From positions 9,075 to 73,074 of the forward strand of contig CBFIFD010000007.1 in assembly GCA_965661835.1 (NCBI GenBank): a DNA stretch of 64,000 bases, given 5' to 3'. The notes beneath the pieces are model-generated. The model had not been told where the DNA came from. It worked only from the letters and a program-made list of their open reading frames with translations, and did no database searches. Shown here one piece after another: positions 29,430-38,907 of the stretch (position 1 is the stretch's first letter; each line of letters begins with the position of its first letter). The stretch is from Flavobacteriaceae bacterium. Its GTDB lineage: Bacteria > Bacteroidota > Bacteroidia > Flavobacteriales > Flavobacteriaceae. A program made the translations under genes and the position numbers.

Positions 29430-31702
29430 CAGCGAACAATCATAATTTTGAGAACCTTTGTTTCAAAGGCATCCTCAGAAGTGATCAAAACCAAATAAAC
29501 CCCAGAGGCAACTCTATGACGTCCAAAAGCGCGGGTATCCCATAAAATACTTCCGCCTTGGCTTTTGTCTTCAAATACCAAGTTACCTTCGATATCTGTT
29601 ATTTTGACATTTGCCCCTGCCGAAAGCCCGTCGACAGTAACCTGGCCTTGAAACCCTGGACGAACAGGATTGGGATAAACATACGCCTGGGATAAATCAT
29701 CACGAGGGTCGGTGGCAGAACCCTCAAAGGCCACAAGACCCTTGGTGGTGGCAAAATAAACTGTTCCAGTATCGCCATCGATGGCTATGTCTTGTACATT
29801 GTCTGAAGGTAATGGCGAGTTCTCTTTGGTAAATCGAAGTAACGTCTCTTGACCATTCGCTGATAGATAAAAAACGCCCGAGGTAGCCGTAGCAATCCAT
29901 TTGTTATTGGATCCATCGACTTCAATGTCGGTGACCGACTGCTGAAATAATAACTCCTGTGGCACCCCTTCTTCGAGTATAATAATTGGTTGAGCCTCAA
30001 CATTATTACCACTTTGAAAAAATCCAGTCGTGTTATAAAGTACACGTAATCCCTCACGAGTCCCTAGCCAAAGACGATTGTTTTTATCAAAGGCTAAACT
30101 ACGGACATCTGTTGACGGTAAATTACCGTTACCGGAACCCTCAGTGATACGGTTGAAACTATTGGCGCTGGGGTTGAACCCAATAAGTCCATTTTCGGCC
30201 GAGCCAAAAAAGATGTATCCTTCACGACTGATCTTTAAATCTGTCAATGCCAATTCATCCTCTGCATTAATGATTCCTGATAAGTCAATTTTGCCAATTT
30301 GGCCCGACGGACTTAAACGCAATAATCCTTGGTCAATTTTTGATTGAACAAACCACAAATTATTATCGCGATCAAAATCAGACCCATAAATCCGTAGTCC
30401 TGCTCCGGGATTATCCACAGGTATTGTCAGACTACTCGTGTTTTGATCATAGAGAATCTCTGGCACACCCGAGGTTATTTTGAGCAATCCAAACTGAAAA
30501 GATGAGGCAAATACTTCTTCGGGATTCAGGGGGTTAATTTTCATGTGTACGATGTCACTCGCCCCAAAAAGATCAACAGCAGGGATATTATTCCATTGAT
30601 CATTTTTGAATTGACTGAGTCCTCTGTAACTCAAGGGAAATGGATTGAAGCTTACCGTGACTTCGCCAAAGCCAACCCACAATTGTCCGGAAGAAGCATC
30701 GATCGAAAATGGATTATTAAATAAAGGGCCTTGAGGGCCAATGGCGGTCCAGTCGAATTGTCCACTCGATTTTTTTTGCAGACCGTTGGCCTGTGTCCCG
30801 GCAAAAATTTGATCGGCAAATCCTAAACCTACAGAGAATTGATCTTCTATTTCGAGCGGAAGTGTTGCCACATCGATGGGTGAAAAATCGGCTCCATATG
30901 TGTTGACCGTTTTTTCTGTTGTGATGGTTAAGACATTACCCTGAACACGCATGTCGACAATTGGATCCGAACCAAAGTCCGCCATGATCTGGACAGGCTC
31001 AGGGGTTAATCGGAGTACTCTTTGATTGGTCCTGGCAAAATAGACCGCATCATTCAGAGTCTGAATAGCAATAATTCCTCCGCCAGTAATGGTTTCCCAT
31101 GAGGCATAATCAATCAAATCAGGCCCGTCGAGTAAGGCCTTTTTAATACCGTTTTGTGCTGTTGCTGCATAAATAAAAGACCCTTGAATCGTGGTTTGGT
31201 TTACTGCAATCGTGCTCCCTAATTCTCCAATATAATAAGTGTCCCCAAACTCCATTAATGCCAGATCAAAAACTGAAATGCCAAAATCAGTCGCGACGTA
31301 AACCTGGCCCTCATACTCATAAAAATGATTGATTGCCTTGATATTTGGCGGAATACTGGGCTTGTCTAAAATCGCCACTATTTGAAGGACCTGGTCATTC
31401 GTGATGATTTCGATTAGACCGTTGTCATGTCCTACCAGCAACAAATTATAGTCTTGACTGTAATGTATTTGGGTAATGTTTTCTCCAGAAAGTCCCTCTA
31501 TTGTGGTGATGTTGCTGAGTTGTTCTGTCCATATATCGTAGGTGTAAATAGCATTTTCAGCCGCTACAAAAACCCGATCATCCCCGTAAGCTATATCTTT
31601 TATACTGTTATACGAAAAATAGCCAGCCCACAGCGCTGAATCTCCCTGCGCGTGAAGCGTCAATGACACAAAAAGTGCTAAAAAAAGTTGATATATCCTC
31701 AT
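29429..31702 (-). CDS. Double beta-propeller protein with T9SS C-terminal domain, PorZ-like
   Basis: 757 aa. Sec signal (..LTLHAQG). Repeated two-component-regulator-propeller motifs (NRLWLGTREGLRVL, NKWIATATSGVFYL, GTVYFATTKGLVAF). C-terminal YVYPNPV...SGVYLVLI...KVLKIMIVR sorting domain. Confidence 0.6.
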   Translation of the reverse strand: MRIYQLFLALFVSLTLHAQGDSALWAGYFSYNSIKDIAYGDDRVFVAAENAIYTYDIWTEQLSNITTIEGLSGENITQIHYSQDYNLLLVGHDNGLIEIITNDQVLQIVAILDKPSIPPNIKAINHFYEYEGQVYVATDFGISVFDLALMEFGDTYYIGELGSTIAVNQTTIQGSFIYAATAQNGIKKALLDGPDLIDYASWETITGGGIIAIQTLNDAVYFARTNQRVLRLTPEPVQIMADFGSDPIVDMRVQGNVLTITTEKTVNTYGADFSPIDVATLPLEIEDQFSVGLGFADQIFAGTQANGLQKKSSGQFDWTAIGPQGPLFNNPFSIDASSGQLWVGFGEVTVSFNPFPLSYRGLSQFKNDQWNNIPAVDLFGASDIVHMKINPLNPEEVFASSFQFGLLKITSGVPEILYDQNTSSLTIPVDNPGAGLRIYGSDFDRDNNLWFVQSKIDQGLLRLSPSGQIGKIDLSGIINAEDELALTDLKISREGYIFFGSAENGLIGFNPSANSFNRITEGSGNGNLPSTDVRSLAFDKNNRLWLGTREGLRVLYNTTGFFQSGNNVEAQPIIILEEGVPQELLFQQSVTDIEVDGSNNKWIATATSGVFYLSANGQETLLRFTKENSPLPSDNVQDIAIDGDTGTVYFATTKGLVAFEGSATDPRDDLSQAYVYPNPVRPGFQGQVTVDGLSAGANVKITDIEGNLVFEDKSQGGSILWDTRAFGRHRVASGVYLVLITSEDAFETKVLKIMIVR

Positions 31703-31775
31703 CCCGTGCGCTTGGCCCTTTTAAACCGCGAAAAATACTATTTATTGTAGAAACGCCCATGAATAATCATCACTG

Positions 31776-33119
31776 TTACACGACGCCCTGTGCCATCATA
31801 GCCTCAGCGATCCGCACGAATCCTGCAATATTTGCTCCCTTGACGTAATCGACATAACCATCTTGATCCTTGCCGTACGTCACACAAGCCTCGTGGATGT
31901 CATTCATCACTTGATTTAAGCGCGTATCGACCTCTTCGGCAGTCCAGCTCAATTTGAGAGAATTTTGAGACATTTCAAAGCCAGAGGTAGCTACACCCCC
32001 CGCGTTGGAGGCTTTGCCCGGGCTAAATAATATTTTTGCCTTTTGGAACACCTCAATCGCCGCTGGGGTCGAAGGCATATTGGCTCCTTCGCCTACACAC
32101 ATACAACCATTATCGACCAGGCTTTGAGCCTCTGTTTTGTCCAACTCATTTTGTGTGGCACAAGGCAAAGCAATGTCGCAAGCTACACCCCACGGCCGCT
32201 CACCGGGGAAGAATTTGGCATTAGGGTATGCCTCGGCATAAGAACTAATACGGCCTCTTTTTATATTTTTAAGCTCTTGAACAAACGCTAATTTATCTTG
32301 GTCTATTCCTTCAGGATCGTATATATAGCCTGAGGAATCCGAAAGCGTAAGTAATGTGCCACCTAATTGAATGATTTTTTGAGCTGAAAATTGCGCCACA
32401 TTCCCCGATCCTGAAATGACCACCTTTTTACCAGTAATCTCTTCACCAATGGTTGCCAGCATATTTTTAACAAAGTATACATTACCGTAGCCCGTCGCTT
32501 CGGGACGCATCAAAGATCCTCCATAACTCAGACCTTTACCCGTCAAAACACCTGTAAATTCATTGCGCAGTCGCTTGTATTGACCGTACATATATCCAAT
32601 TTCACGACTCCCAACACCAATATCTCCAGCAGGAACATCCGTGTTTGGACCAATATGTCGTGCCAGCTCGGTCATAAAACTCTGACAAAAGCGCATGACT
32701 TCGGCATCGCTTTTACCCTTGGGGTTAAAGTCGCTCCCACCCTTACCTCCGCCAAGGGGTAAGGTCGTTAAGCTGTTTTTGAACATTTGCTCAAAGCCTA
32801 AGAACTTTAAAATACTCAAATTGACCGAGGGATGAAAACGAAGTCCTCCTTTGTACGGACCAATTGCTGAGTTGAATTCAACGCGGTATCCACGATTTAC
32901 TCGAATAGCTCCAGAATCATCAGTCCAGGGCACTCGAAATATAATGGTGCGTTCGGGCTCTAGCATGCGCTCAAGTAAGTTTTTACCTTGATATTTTGGG
33001 TGGGCTTCAATAAATGGAATTACCGTTTCGGCAACTTCTGTAACGGCCTGTAAAAACTCAGGCTCATTTGGATTTTTTTCTGCTGCAAGCGAAATAAAAT
33101 CTTGAATCGATTGTTTCAC
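31776..33119 (-). CDS. gdhA: NADP-specific glutamate dehydrogenase
   Basis: 447 aa. KGGLRFHPSVN and LGGGKGGSDF motifs, GSGNVAQ Rossmann motif. Confidence 0.95.
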   Translation of the reverse strand: MKQSIQDFISLAAEKNPNEPEFLQAVTEVAETVIPFIEAHPKYQGKNLLERMLEPERTIIFRVPWTDDSGAIRVNRGYRVEFNSAIGPYKGGLRFHPSVNLSILKFLGFEQMFKNSLTTLPLGGGKGGSDFNPKGKSDAEVMRFCQSFMTELARHIGPNTDVPAGDIGVGSREIGYMYGQYKRLRNEFTGVLTGKGLSYGGSLMRPEATGYGNVYFVKNMLATIGEEITGKKVVISGSGNVAQFSAQKIIQLGGTLLTLSDSSGYIYDPEGIDQDKLAFVQELKNIKRGRISSYAEAYPNAKFFPGERPWGVACDIALPCATQNELDKTEAQSLVDNGCMCVGEGANMPSTPAAIEVFQKAKILFSPGKASNAGGVATSGFEMSQNSLKLSWTAEEVDTRLNQVMNDIHEACVTYGKDQDGYVDYVKGANIAGFVRIAEAMMAQGVV

Positions 33120-33329
33120 AAAAAAAGAATTAAGATTTGGTTAAGTCTATCAAAGATTGATTATTTGACAAATCATCCGAATATTTAGCGGCTTTTTTTG
33201 CGATATTGTCAAAAATCGGTTGTTTAATTTTTGTTTATTACAAATATAAATCACTTTTAGCGATCTAATCCTTTTTTTTTACCAAATCATTACACTTCCT
33301 AATTTCATACGAGGTGTTTGCTATTTTTT

Positions 33330-33337
33330 TATCTTTG
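33330..33337 (+). promoter_or_regulatory. Candidate Bacteroidota -7 promoter element (TAnnTTTG) for the downstream OM protein gene
   Basis: TATCTTTG is an exact match to the TAnnTTTG consensus, 23 nt upstream of the ATG at 33360. No convincing -33 TTG at the expected spacing. Confidence 0.3.
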
Positions 33338-33359
33338 AAGAATTCAGCAACCAGTTTTT

Positions 33360-34211
33360 ATGCGCTTTAGTCCCCAAATATTTATATTCATTTTATCGAT
33401 GACCCTGGGGTTCCAGAGTTTCGGCCAAAAAGAAGGCCCTGTAGGCAGTGGTCTTCAAATCGGTTTTTCAAATGAATTAGGCGTCGTCGGTGGTCCTGTA
33501 GCCTTTTATGGCGATTATGGTCAGCGTGGAAACTACGCCACCAATATCGGCAATACTGGCTGGGGCTTTGGTATCGCTCATTATCTTAATTTTGCCTACC
33601 GAGCAGATTGTCAATGCTACAACCCAGACACCTATTTCAACGATCGATTCAAGGTTCGCACTGAATTGACCATACACAAAACTAATTTTCAGCACTACGG
33701 TCAATGGGTCGGTCCGTCAGCCACCTCATTTGCATCAGATCAACTCAGAGCGATGAAAGGCTCGAGTACTGTCTTAGATGTAGGCCTGCAATTAGAGTAT
33801 TACTTATGGAGTATCCGTGACTTTATGGCAGAGGATCGTCCTTGGGCCCCTTATTTTGCTGCAGGATTGCATTGGGTCGGTTTTGACCCATACGCCTACA
33901 GCGACTTCGGCAACCTCAATACACCCATCACCACCCCTGACAAATACTACTACAGCTTTCAACAGGCGGGTGGATCTACCTGGAGCATTGTATCGAGTGT
34001 CGGAACGCGCTATAAATTGAGTAAGTCAGTAGATTTTTTGATGGATTGGCGCTGGCAATATTATTTCTCAAATTGGGTCGATGGGCTCAATCCTCAAATT
34101 GAATACAATACCCAAGCCCTTGGCCTTGGCAATGGTGTCCCTGTACCTGAAAACAAGGCGAATGACTGGATCTTTTGGATTTCTTTAGGGGGCGTATTTT
34201 ACTTGAATTAA
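33360..34211 (+). CDS. Putative outer-membrane beta-barrel protein (hypothetical)
   Basis: 283 aa. Sec signal (..GFQSFGQ), alternating aromatic/Gly-rich strands, and a terminal ...GGVFYLN beta-barrel-like C-terminus. Confidence 0.5.
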   Translation: MRFSPQIFIFILSMTLGFQSFGQKEGPVGSGLQIGFSNELGVVGGPVAFYGDYGQRGNYATNIGNTGWGFGIAHYLNFAYRADCQCYNPDTYFNDRFKVRTELTIHKTNFQHYGQWVGPSATSFASDQLRAMKGSSTVLDVGLQLEYYLWSIRDFMAEDRPWAPYFAAGLHWVGFDPYAYSDFGNLNTPITTPDKYYYSFQQAGGSTWSIVSSVGTRYKLSKSVDFLMDWRWQYYFSNWVDGLNPQIEYNTQALGLGNGVPVPENKANDWIFWISLGGVFYLN

Positions 34212-34283
34212 CTCTAACTCGAGACCTGTGGTCTTATAAATGCCTCATCGGCCCACAAAATTTGGGCGCTAAGTTGAAGGGCA

Positions 34284-35423
34284 TTATGCCAATGCCTGCG
34301 CCAAGTCCTGAATTAAATCTTCCGCATCTTCAATTCCTACACTTAAGCGAATCAACGAATCGACGACTCCCGTTTTTTCACGTTCCGCTTTGGGAATACT
34401 TGCGTGGGTCATACTCGCTGGGTGTCCTGCGAGACTTTCTACGCCACCAAGGCTTTCAGCAAGCGTAAACACCTTGAGCTTTTCTACGGTCGAAATTGCC
34501 TTTTGGAAATCATTTCCTTTAGTTACAAAAGAAATCATACCCCCAAAATCGCGCATTTGATTGCGGGCTACATCGTGATTTGGATGATCGGCAAAGCCAG
34601 GCCAATAAACCTGTTCTACCTCTGGATGACTCTTGAGGTACTCAGCCACTGCACGACCATTATCACAGTGTCTTTGCATACGTACATGAAGGGTCTTTAT
34701 ACCCCGCAATACCAAGAAACTATCTTGGGGTCCGCAAACGGCACCACTGGCATTTTGGATAAAATACAACCGCTCGGCCAATTCCTGATCTCTGACTACC
34801 AATGAACCCATGACCACATCGCTGTGCCCACCCAAATACTTAGTGGCACTGTGCATGACAATATCAGCTCCTAAAGTCAAAGGCTGTTGCAAATATGGTG
34901 TGGCAAAGGTATTGTCCACAGCCAAAAGTATTTGATGCTTTTTGGCAATAGCGGAACATGCTGAAATATCCACCACATTCATCATTGGATTAGTGGGTGT
35001 CTCAACCCAAATAAGTTTTGTATTCTGGTTGATCTTTGCTTCAATATTCGCAACGTCGGACATACCCACAAAATGAAATTTAATCCCGAATTTCTCAAAA
35101 ATCTTAGTAAATAACCGGTAAGACCCTCCGTAAAGATCGTTGGTCGAAATCACCTCATCTCCTGGACTCAGTAATTTCATCACGGCATCAATTGCCGCAA
35201 GTCCACTACCAAAAGCCAAACCATAACTGCCGTCTTCGATACTGGCTAAAGCTGCCTCCAAAGCCGAGCGGGTCGGATTGTGTGTGCGCGAATACTCAAA
35301 GCCTTTATGGCCACCAGGGGTCGTCTGTGCGTAAGTAGATGTTTGATAAATGGGTGGCATCACCGCTCCGTATGCCGGGTCGTGCTGTTGACCTCCGTGA
35401 ATGGCTTTGGTATTGAATTTCAT
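34284..35423 (-). CDS. Cys/Met-metabolism PLP-dependent enzyme (cystathionine gamma-synthase/lyase / beta-lyase family)
   Basis: 379 aa. SATKYLGGHSDV PLP-lysine motif, and DNTFATPYLQ.PL motif. Confidence 0.85.
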   Translation of the reverse strand: MKFNTKAIHGGQQHDPAYGAVMPPIYQTSTYAQTTPGGHKGFEYSRTHNPTRSALEAALASIEDGSYGLAFGSGLAAIDAVMKLLSPGDEVISTNDLYGGSYRLFTKIFEKFGIKFHFVGMSDVANIEAKINQNTKLIWVETPTNPMMNVVDISACSAIAKKHQILLAVDNTFATPYLQQPLTLGADIVMHSATKYLGGHSDVVMGSLVVRDQELAERLYFIQNASGAVCGPQDSFLVLRGIKTLHVRMQRHCDNGRAVAEYLKSHPEVEQVYWPGFADHPNHDVARNQMRDFGGMISFVTKGNDFQKAISTVEKLKVFTLAESLGGVESLAGHPASMTHASIPKAEREKTGVVDSLIRLSVGIEDAEDLIQDLAQALA

Positions 35424-35493
35424 AGTGCTGTTTTAGAGAGACAAAAGTAAGGGATTCCAAAGTCATTCAAAAAACAAGTCTAAGAGAAAACAA

Positions 35494-35985
35494 TTGTATT
35501 TTTGCTTTGTGAACTTAAAGCGTCATTTCTTTGGCTTTTATTGCCTCCTAACGATTACAGGATGCACTCACGGGCCGTTTATTTCCATATCACCACAAAA
35601 CCAAAGTGCCCAAGACCAGACCCTGTGCCAGGGGCGGATATGTCCGGAATTAACCATTTCTTATCCCAATTTTGTGACCCGAGATACAGCCTTGACCGCG
35701 CGACTTGAAACAACGAGAGATAGCCTCATTCTTGAAGCCTTATATTTAGGAAGTGATCAGGTTAATTATTCCTTGAGTATCGGCCAAAGCATTGATCAGT
35801 ATCTCTGGGTGGCACTAGACTATAACCCTGAACCTCAAAGGGAAGGTAATTACAACGGACATCTCAACGTCGTGGCTTTAAACCAAAAAGACACGCTTTT
35901 GGCTATGACTTTAGAGGGAAGCCTATACCTGCCAGATGGTCGTAAAACGCTTAACAATCAAAAGCGCATTCGCTTAAAACAATAA
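35494..35985 (+). CDS. Hypothetical lipoprotein
   Basis: The ORF starts at TTG 35494. An in-frame GTG at 35509 gives a cleaner lipoprotein leader, (M)NLKRHFFGFYCLLTITGC. No recognisable catalytic motif. Confidence 0.45.
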   Translation: MYFCFVNLKRHFFGFYCLLTITGCTHGPFISISPQNQSAQDQTLCQGRICPELTISYPNFVTRDTALTARLETTRDSLILEALYLGSDQVNYSLSIGQSIDQYLWVALDYNPEPQREGNYNGHLNVVALNQKDTLLAMTLEGSLYLPDGRKTLNNQKRIRLKQ

Positions 35986-35996
35986 AGACAATCGAT

Positions 35997-36356
35997 ATGA
36001 AAAAACTCTATTATTTGAGTAGCTGTAGTACCTGTAAGCGCATCATTAAGCAATGGAAGCTCCCTCGAAGTTTTGATATGCAAGATGTTAAAGGCGCCCC
36101 TTTGACGCTTCACGACTTAAGCCAAATGCACAAGCGCTCTGGAAGCTATGAGGCGCTATTTAGTAAAAGAGCAAAGCTATTTCACCAGCGCAAACTCGGC
36201 GCCGAGGACTTGGACGAGGCGCGGTATAAAAGTCTACTGCTTGAGCATTATACCTTTTTAAAACGACCTGTACTGATCTGGGACGATCAAATCTTTGTCG
36301 GGTCTTCAAAAGCGACTGTCGCGCAAGCCGCAGAGGCCATTGAGACCCATGACTAA
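35997..36356 (+). CDS. ArsC/Spx/YffB family thioredoxin-fold protein
   Basis: 119 aa. N-terminal CSTCKR redox motif and family-typical length. Confidence 0.75.
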   Translation: MKKLYYLSSCSTCKRIIKQWKLPRSFDMQDVKGAPLTLHDLSQMHKRSGSYEALFSKRAKLFHQRKLGAEDLDEARYKSLLLEHYTFLKRPVLIWDDQIFVGSSKATVAQAAEAIETHD

Positions 36357-37278
36357 ACAAACGCTATCTCATAGAACTTTAGCCCTTATGGCAGCCACGG
36401 CCGCAGGGGTTATCTATGGAATTAATCACACCATAGCCAAGGGGCTCATGCCTCAAGTAATCGAACCCTATGGCTTTATTTTATTGCGCGTCATTGGTGC
36501 CTGTGCGGCGTTTTGGGTGCTGTCACTATTAGGCCCAAAAGAACGGGTCAGGCGCAAAGATTGCGGGCGCCTTTTGTTGTGTGCTTTTTTCGGCATGGCC
36601 TTAAATATGACTGCATTTTTTAAAGGGTTGTCGCTTTCAACACCCATAAACTCCTCAGTTGTTATTACGTTGGTCCCTGTTATTTTACTGGTTCTTGGTC
36701 GGGTCTTCTTAAAAGAAGTAATTGTCTTGAGAAAGACGCTCGGTATTTTTATTGGTCTTTCCGGAGCGATAGGGCTGATTTTACTCGACGTACCCAAACA
36801 ACTCAATGCGCCAAATATCCCTTTGGGTAATTTTTTCTTTGTCCTCAATGCCCTGTCGTATTCCATATATCTGATCATTGTAAAGCCATTGACTGCCAAA
36901 TATCATGTGCTCACTTTGATGCGTTACTTTTTTACTATTGCCGTAGTCATTAATTTACCCTTAGGCTATCGAGAATTCATACAGGTTTCTTGGTTGAGCT
37001 TAAGCCCTATGATTATCGCCCAATTGGTCTTTGTGGTTCTCGGAACCACGGTGCTGACCTACTTATTCAATATTTATGCTTTGAAACACCTGAGTCCTTC
37101 GACCATCGGGGCGTTTATTTATCTGCAACCCGTAGTCGCTACTGTCGTCGCTTTATGGGTTGGGGCAGATCAGCTGACTCCACTTCGCTGTGTGACTGCC
37201 TTGATGATTTTTACCGGGGTTTATCTCAGTAGTCAAAAACGTAAAGTACCGATAAATCAACCGGTCAATGAGGATTAA
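36349..37278 (+). CDS. EamA/DMT family transporter
   Basis: The ATG at 36349 (MTKQTLSHRTLALMAA...) overlaps the ArsC-like stop by 8 nt (ATGACTAA). About 10 hydrophobic segments in two EamA-like halves. Confidence 0.8.
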   Translation: MTKQTLSHRTLALMAATAAGVIYGINHTIAKGLMPQVIEPYGFILLRVIGACAAFWVLSLLGPKERVRRKDCGRLLLCAFFGMALNMTAFFKGLSLSTPINSSVVITLVPVILLVLGRVFLKEVIVLRKTLGIFIGLSGAIGLILLDVPKQLNAPNIPLGNFFFVLNALSYSIYLIIVKPLTAKYHVLTLMRYFFTIAVVINLPLGYREFIQVSWLSLSPMIIAQLVFVVLGTTVLTYLFNIYALKHLSPSTIGAFIYLQPVVATVVALWVGADQLTPLRCVTALMIFTGVYLSSQKRKVPINQPVNED

Positions 37279-37323
37279 ATCGCATAACAATTACCTAAAT
37301 TTGCGTCTTAAATCAAAAATCAA

Positions 37324-38301
37324 ATGCCTTTAGTTGATGCCCAATATCATCCCATAGGATGGTTTAAAAACGGCCATTTTTCAACGATTTATTCGGCTAA
37401 AATTAGACGCGCCCCTAAACTCAAGTTTCAGAGAGATCGATTGAGTTTGGATGATGGTGATTTTATAGATTTAGATTGGTCCTACAGTAAAAGTAAGTCT
37501 GGCGAGCAGCCAAAGTATGTGGTTATTTTGTTGCACGGACTCGAAGGGAATACTCAGCGGTCCTACATGCGTGGCCAAGCTGCCGCGCTGATCGCTTCGG
37601 GGTTTGATGTATGTGCCATGAATTTTCGCGGTTGCTCTGGAACCGAAAATCTCAAGCTGCAGAGCTACAACGCAGGAAAAATAGAAGATTTAGATCAAGT
37701 TGTGAGGCGTGTAGTAAAACTAAATCAATACAGCCGTATTTATGCGGTTGGATTCAGTCTCGGCGGGAGTCTTTTACTCAATTATCTCGGCACAAAACAA
37801 GGGGATTATCAGCATATTTATGCAGCGGCGGCCGTATCGACCCCGCTCGACTTGAGCGCATCGATTCGGCGGTTGGCTCGTTGGGACAATCAGGCGTATC
37901 AATGGGTGTTTTTATCCACACTCAAATCAAAATATCGACAAAAGCAAAAGGCATACCCTTTGAAATTATCTTTCGATGCGCCGCGCGCGATGAAATCGCT
38001 AAAAGACTTTGACAATCTTTATACCGCTCCAGTGCACGGCTATCTTAATGCCGAGGATTATTACTCAAAAAACAGCCCGATTAACACTCTTGAACACATC
38101 GAGGCGCCGACACTGATTCTTAATGCTCAAAACGATTCTTTTCTCTCTGAGGCCTGTTTGCCAATAAGTATTGCGCAAAGTTCAAAAATAATTTATCTTG
38201 AAGCCCCAAAATACGGAGGTCACGTCGGGTTTCATGATCCCTCGGGGCTGTATTATAACGAAACTAGAATAAGTGAATTTTTTAAAGCCCTATCGGCTTA
38301 G
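37324..38301 (+). CDS. Alpha/beta hydrolase (YheT/ABHD1-3-like)
   Basis: 325 aa. LLHGLEGN oxyanion region, GFSLGGS nucleophile elbow, and C-terminal GGHVGF. Confidence 0.8.
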   Translation: MPLVDAQYHPIGWFKNGHFSTIYSAKIRRAPKLKFQRDRLSLDDGDFIDLDWSYSKSKSGEQPKYVVILLHGLEGNTQRSYMRGQAAALIASGFDVCAMNFRGCSGTENLKLQSYNAGKIEDLDQVVRRVVKLNQYSRIYAVGFSLGGSLLLNYLGTKQGDYQHIYAAAAVSTPLDLSASIRRLARWDNQAYQWVFLSTLKSKYRQKQKAYPLKLSFDAPRAMKSLKDFDNLYTAPVHGYLNAEDYYSKNSPINTLEHIEAPTLILNAQNDSFLSEACLPISIAQSSKIIYLEAPKYGGHVGFHDPSGLYYNETRISEFFKALSA

Positions 38302-38314
38302 ATAACAAGATCCT

Positions 38315-38815
38315 ATGAAAAATTATTTGATCGCTACAGTATTGGCTTTGATTTTGAGTAGTTGCGGCGAAACAAAAAAAGAAGAAAAACCAGCCCTAAA
38401 AATAGGCCAAACCACTACTAAAACTGTGACTCCATCTGGAACAAAGCTAGCGCTAACGGGCAATGATATGATGCAGTATGACAAAAAAGAATTGATGGCT
38501 AAAGCTGGAGAAAAAATAACGCTGACCCTTCGTCATGTTGGCCAACTCGAGAAGAGAGTCATGGGTCATAATTTTGTTTTGCTCAAGGCGGGCACCAATA
38601 TTACCGGTTTTGCCAATGAGGCGGCATCGGCTGGAGAGGCTGCTGATTGGATTCCCAATGATGGCGCACAGGTCATTGCACACACCAAGATGCTCGGTGG
38701 AGGACAAACCGATGTCATCACTTTTGAGGCCCCCGAACCTGGTACTTACGACTATATCTGTAGTTTTCCAGGACACTCAGGGATGATGCGCGGTACGTTG
38801 ACTGTAACGCCTTAA
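38315..38815 (+). CDS. Lipid-anchored azurin (type-1 copper cupredoxin)
   Basis: 166 aa. Lipobox LILSSCG plus a Lys/Thr-rich linker. Azurin core GNDMMQYDKKEL..., VMGHNFVL (His ligand) and YICSFPGHSGMMRGTL (Cys-His-Met ligands). Confidence 0.8.
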   Translation: MKNYLIATVLALILSSCGETKKEEKPALKIGQTTTKTVTPSGTKLALTGNDMMQYDKKELMAKAGEKITLTLRHVGQLEKRVMGHNFVLLKAGTNITGFANEAASAGEAADWIPNDGAQVIAHTKMLGGGQTDVITFEAPEPGTYDYICSFPGHSGMMRGTLTVTP

Positions 38816-38860
38816 AGTACGAGCCAGACGATATGTCTGCCAGGATATTTAAATTAAAAA

Positions 38861-38881
38861 AACCCTCCTGTTTGGAGGGTT
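38861..38881. terminator. Bidirectional rho-independent terminator between azurin (+) and the GMC operon (-)
   Basis: Perfect 8-bp stem AACCCTCC/GGAGGGTT with a TGTTT loop. It is flanked by AAAAAAA on the left (a T-tract for the minus-strand transcript) and TCTTT on the right. Confidence 0.6.
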
Positions 38882-38907
38882 CTTTAATCGTCTAAATCAT
38901 TACTTAA

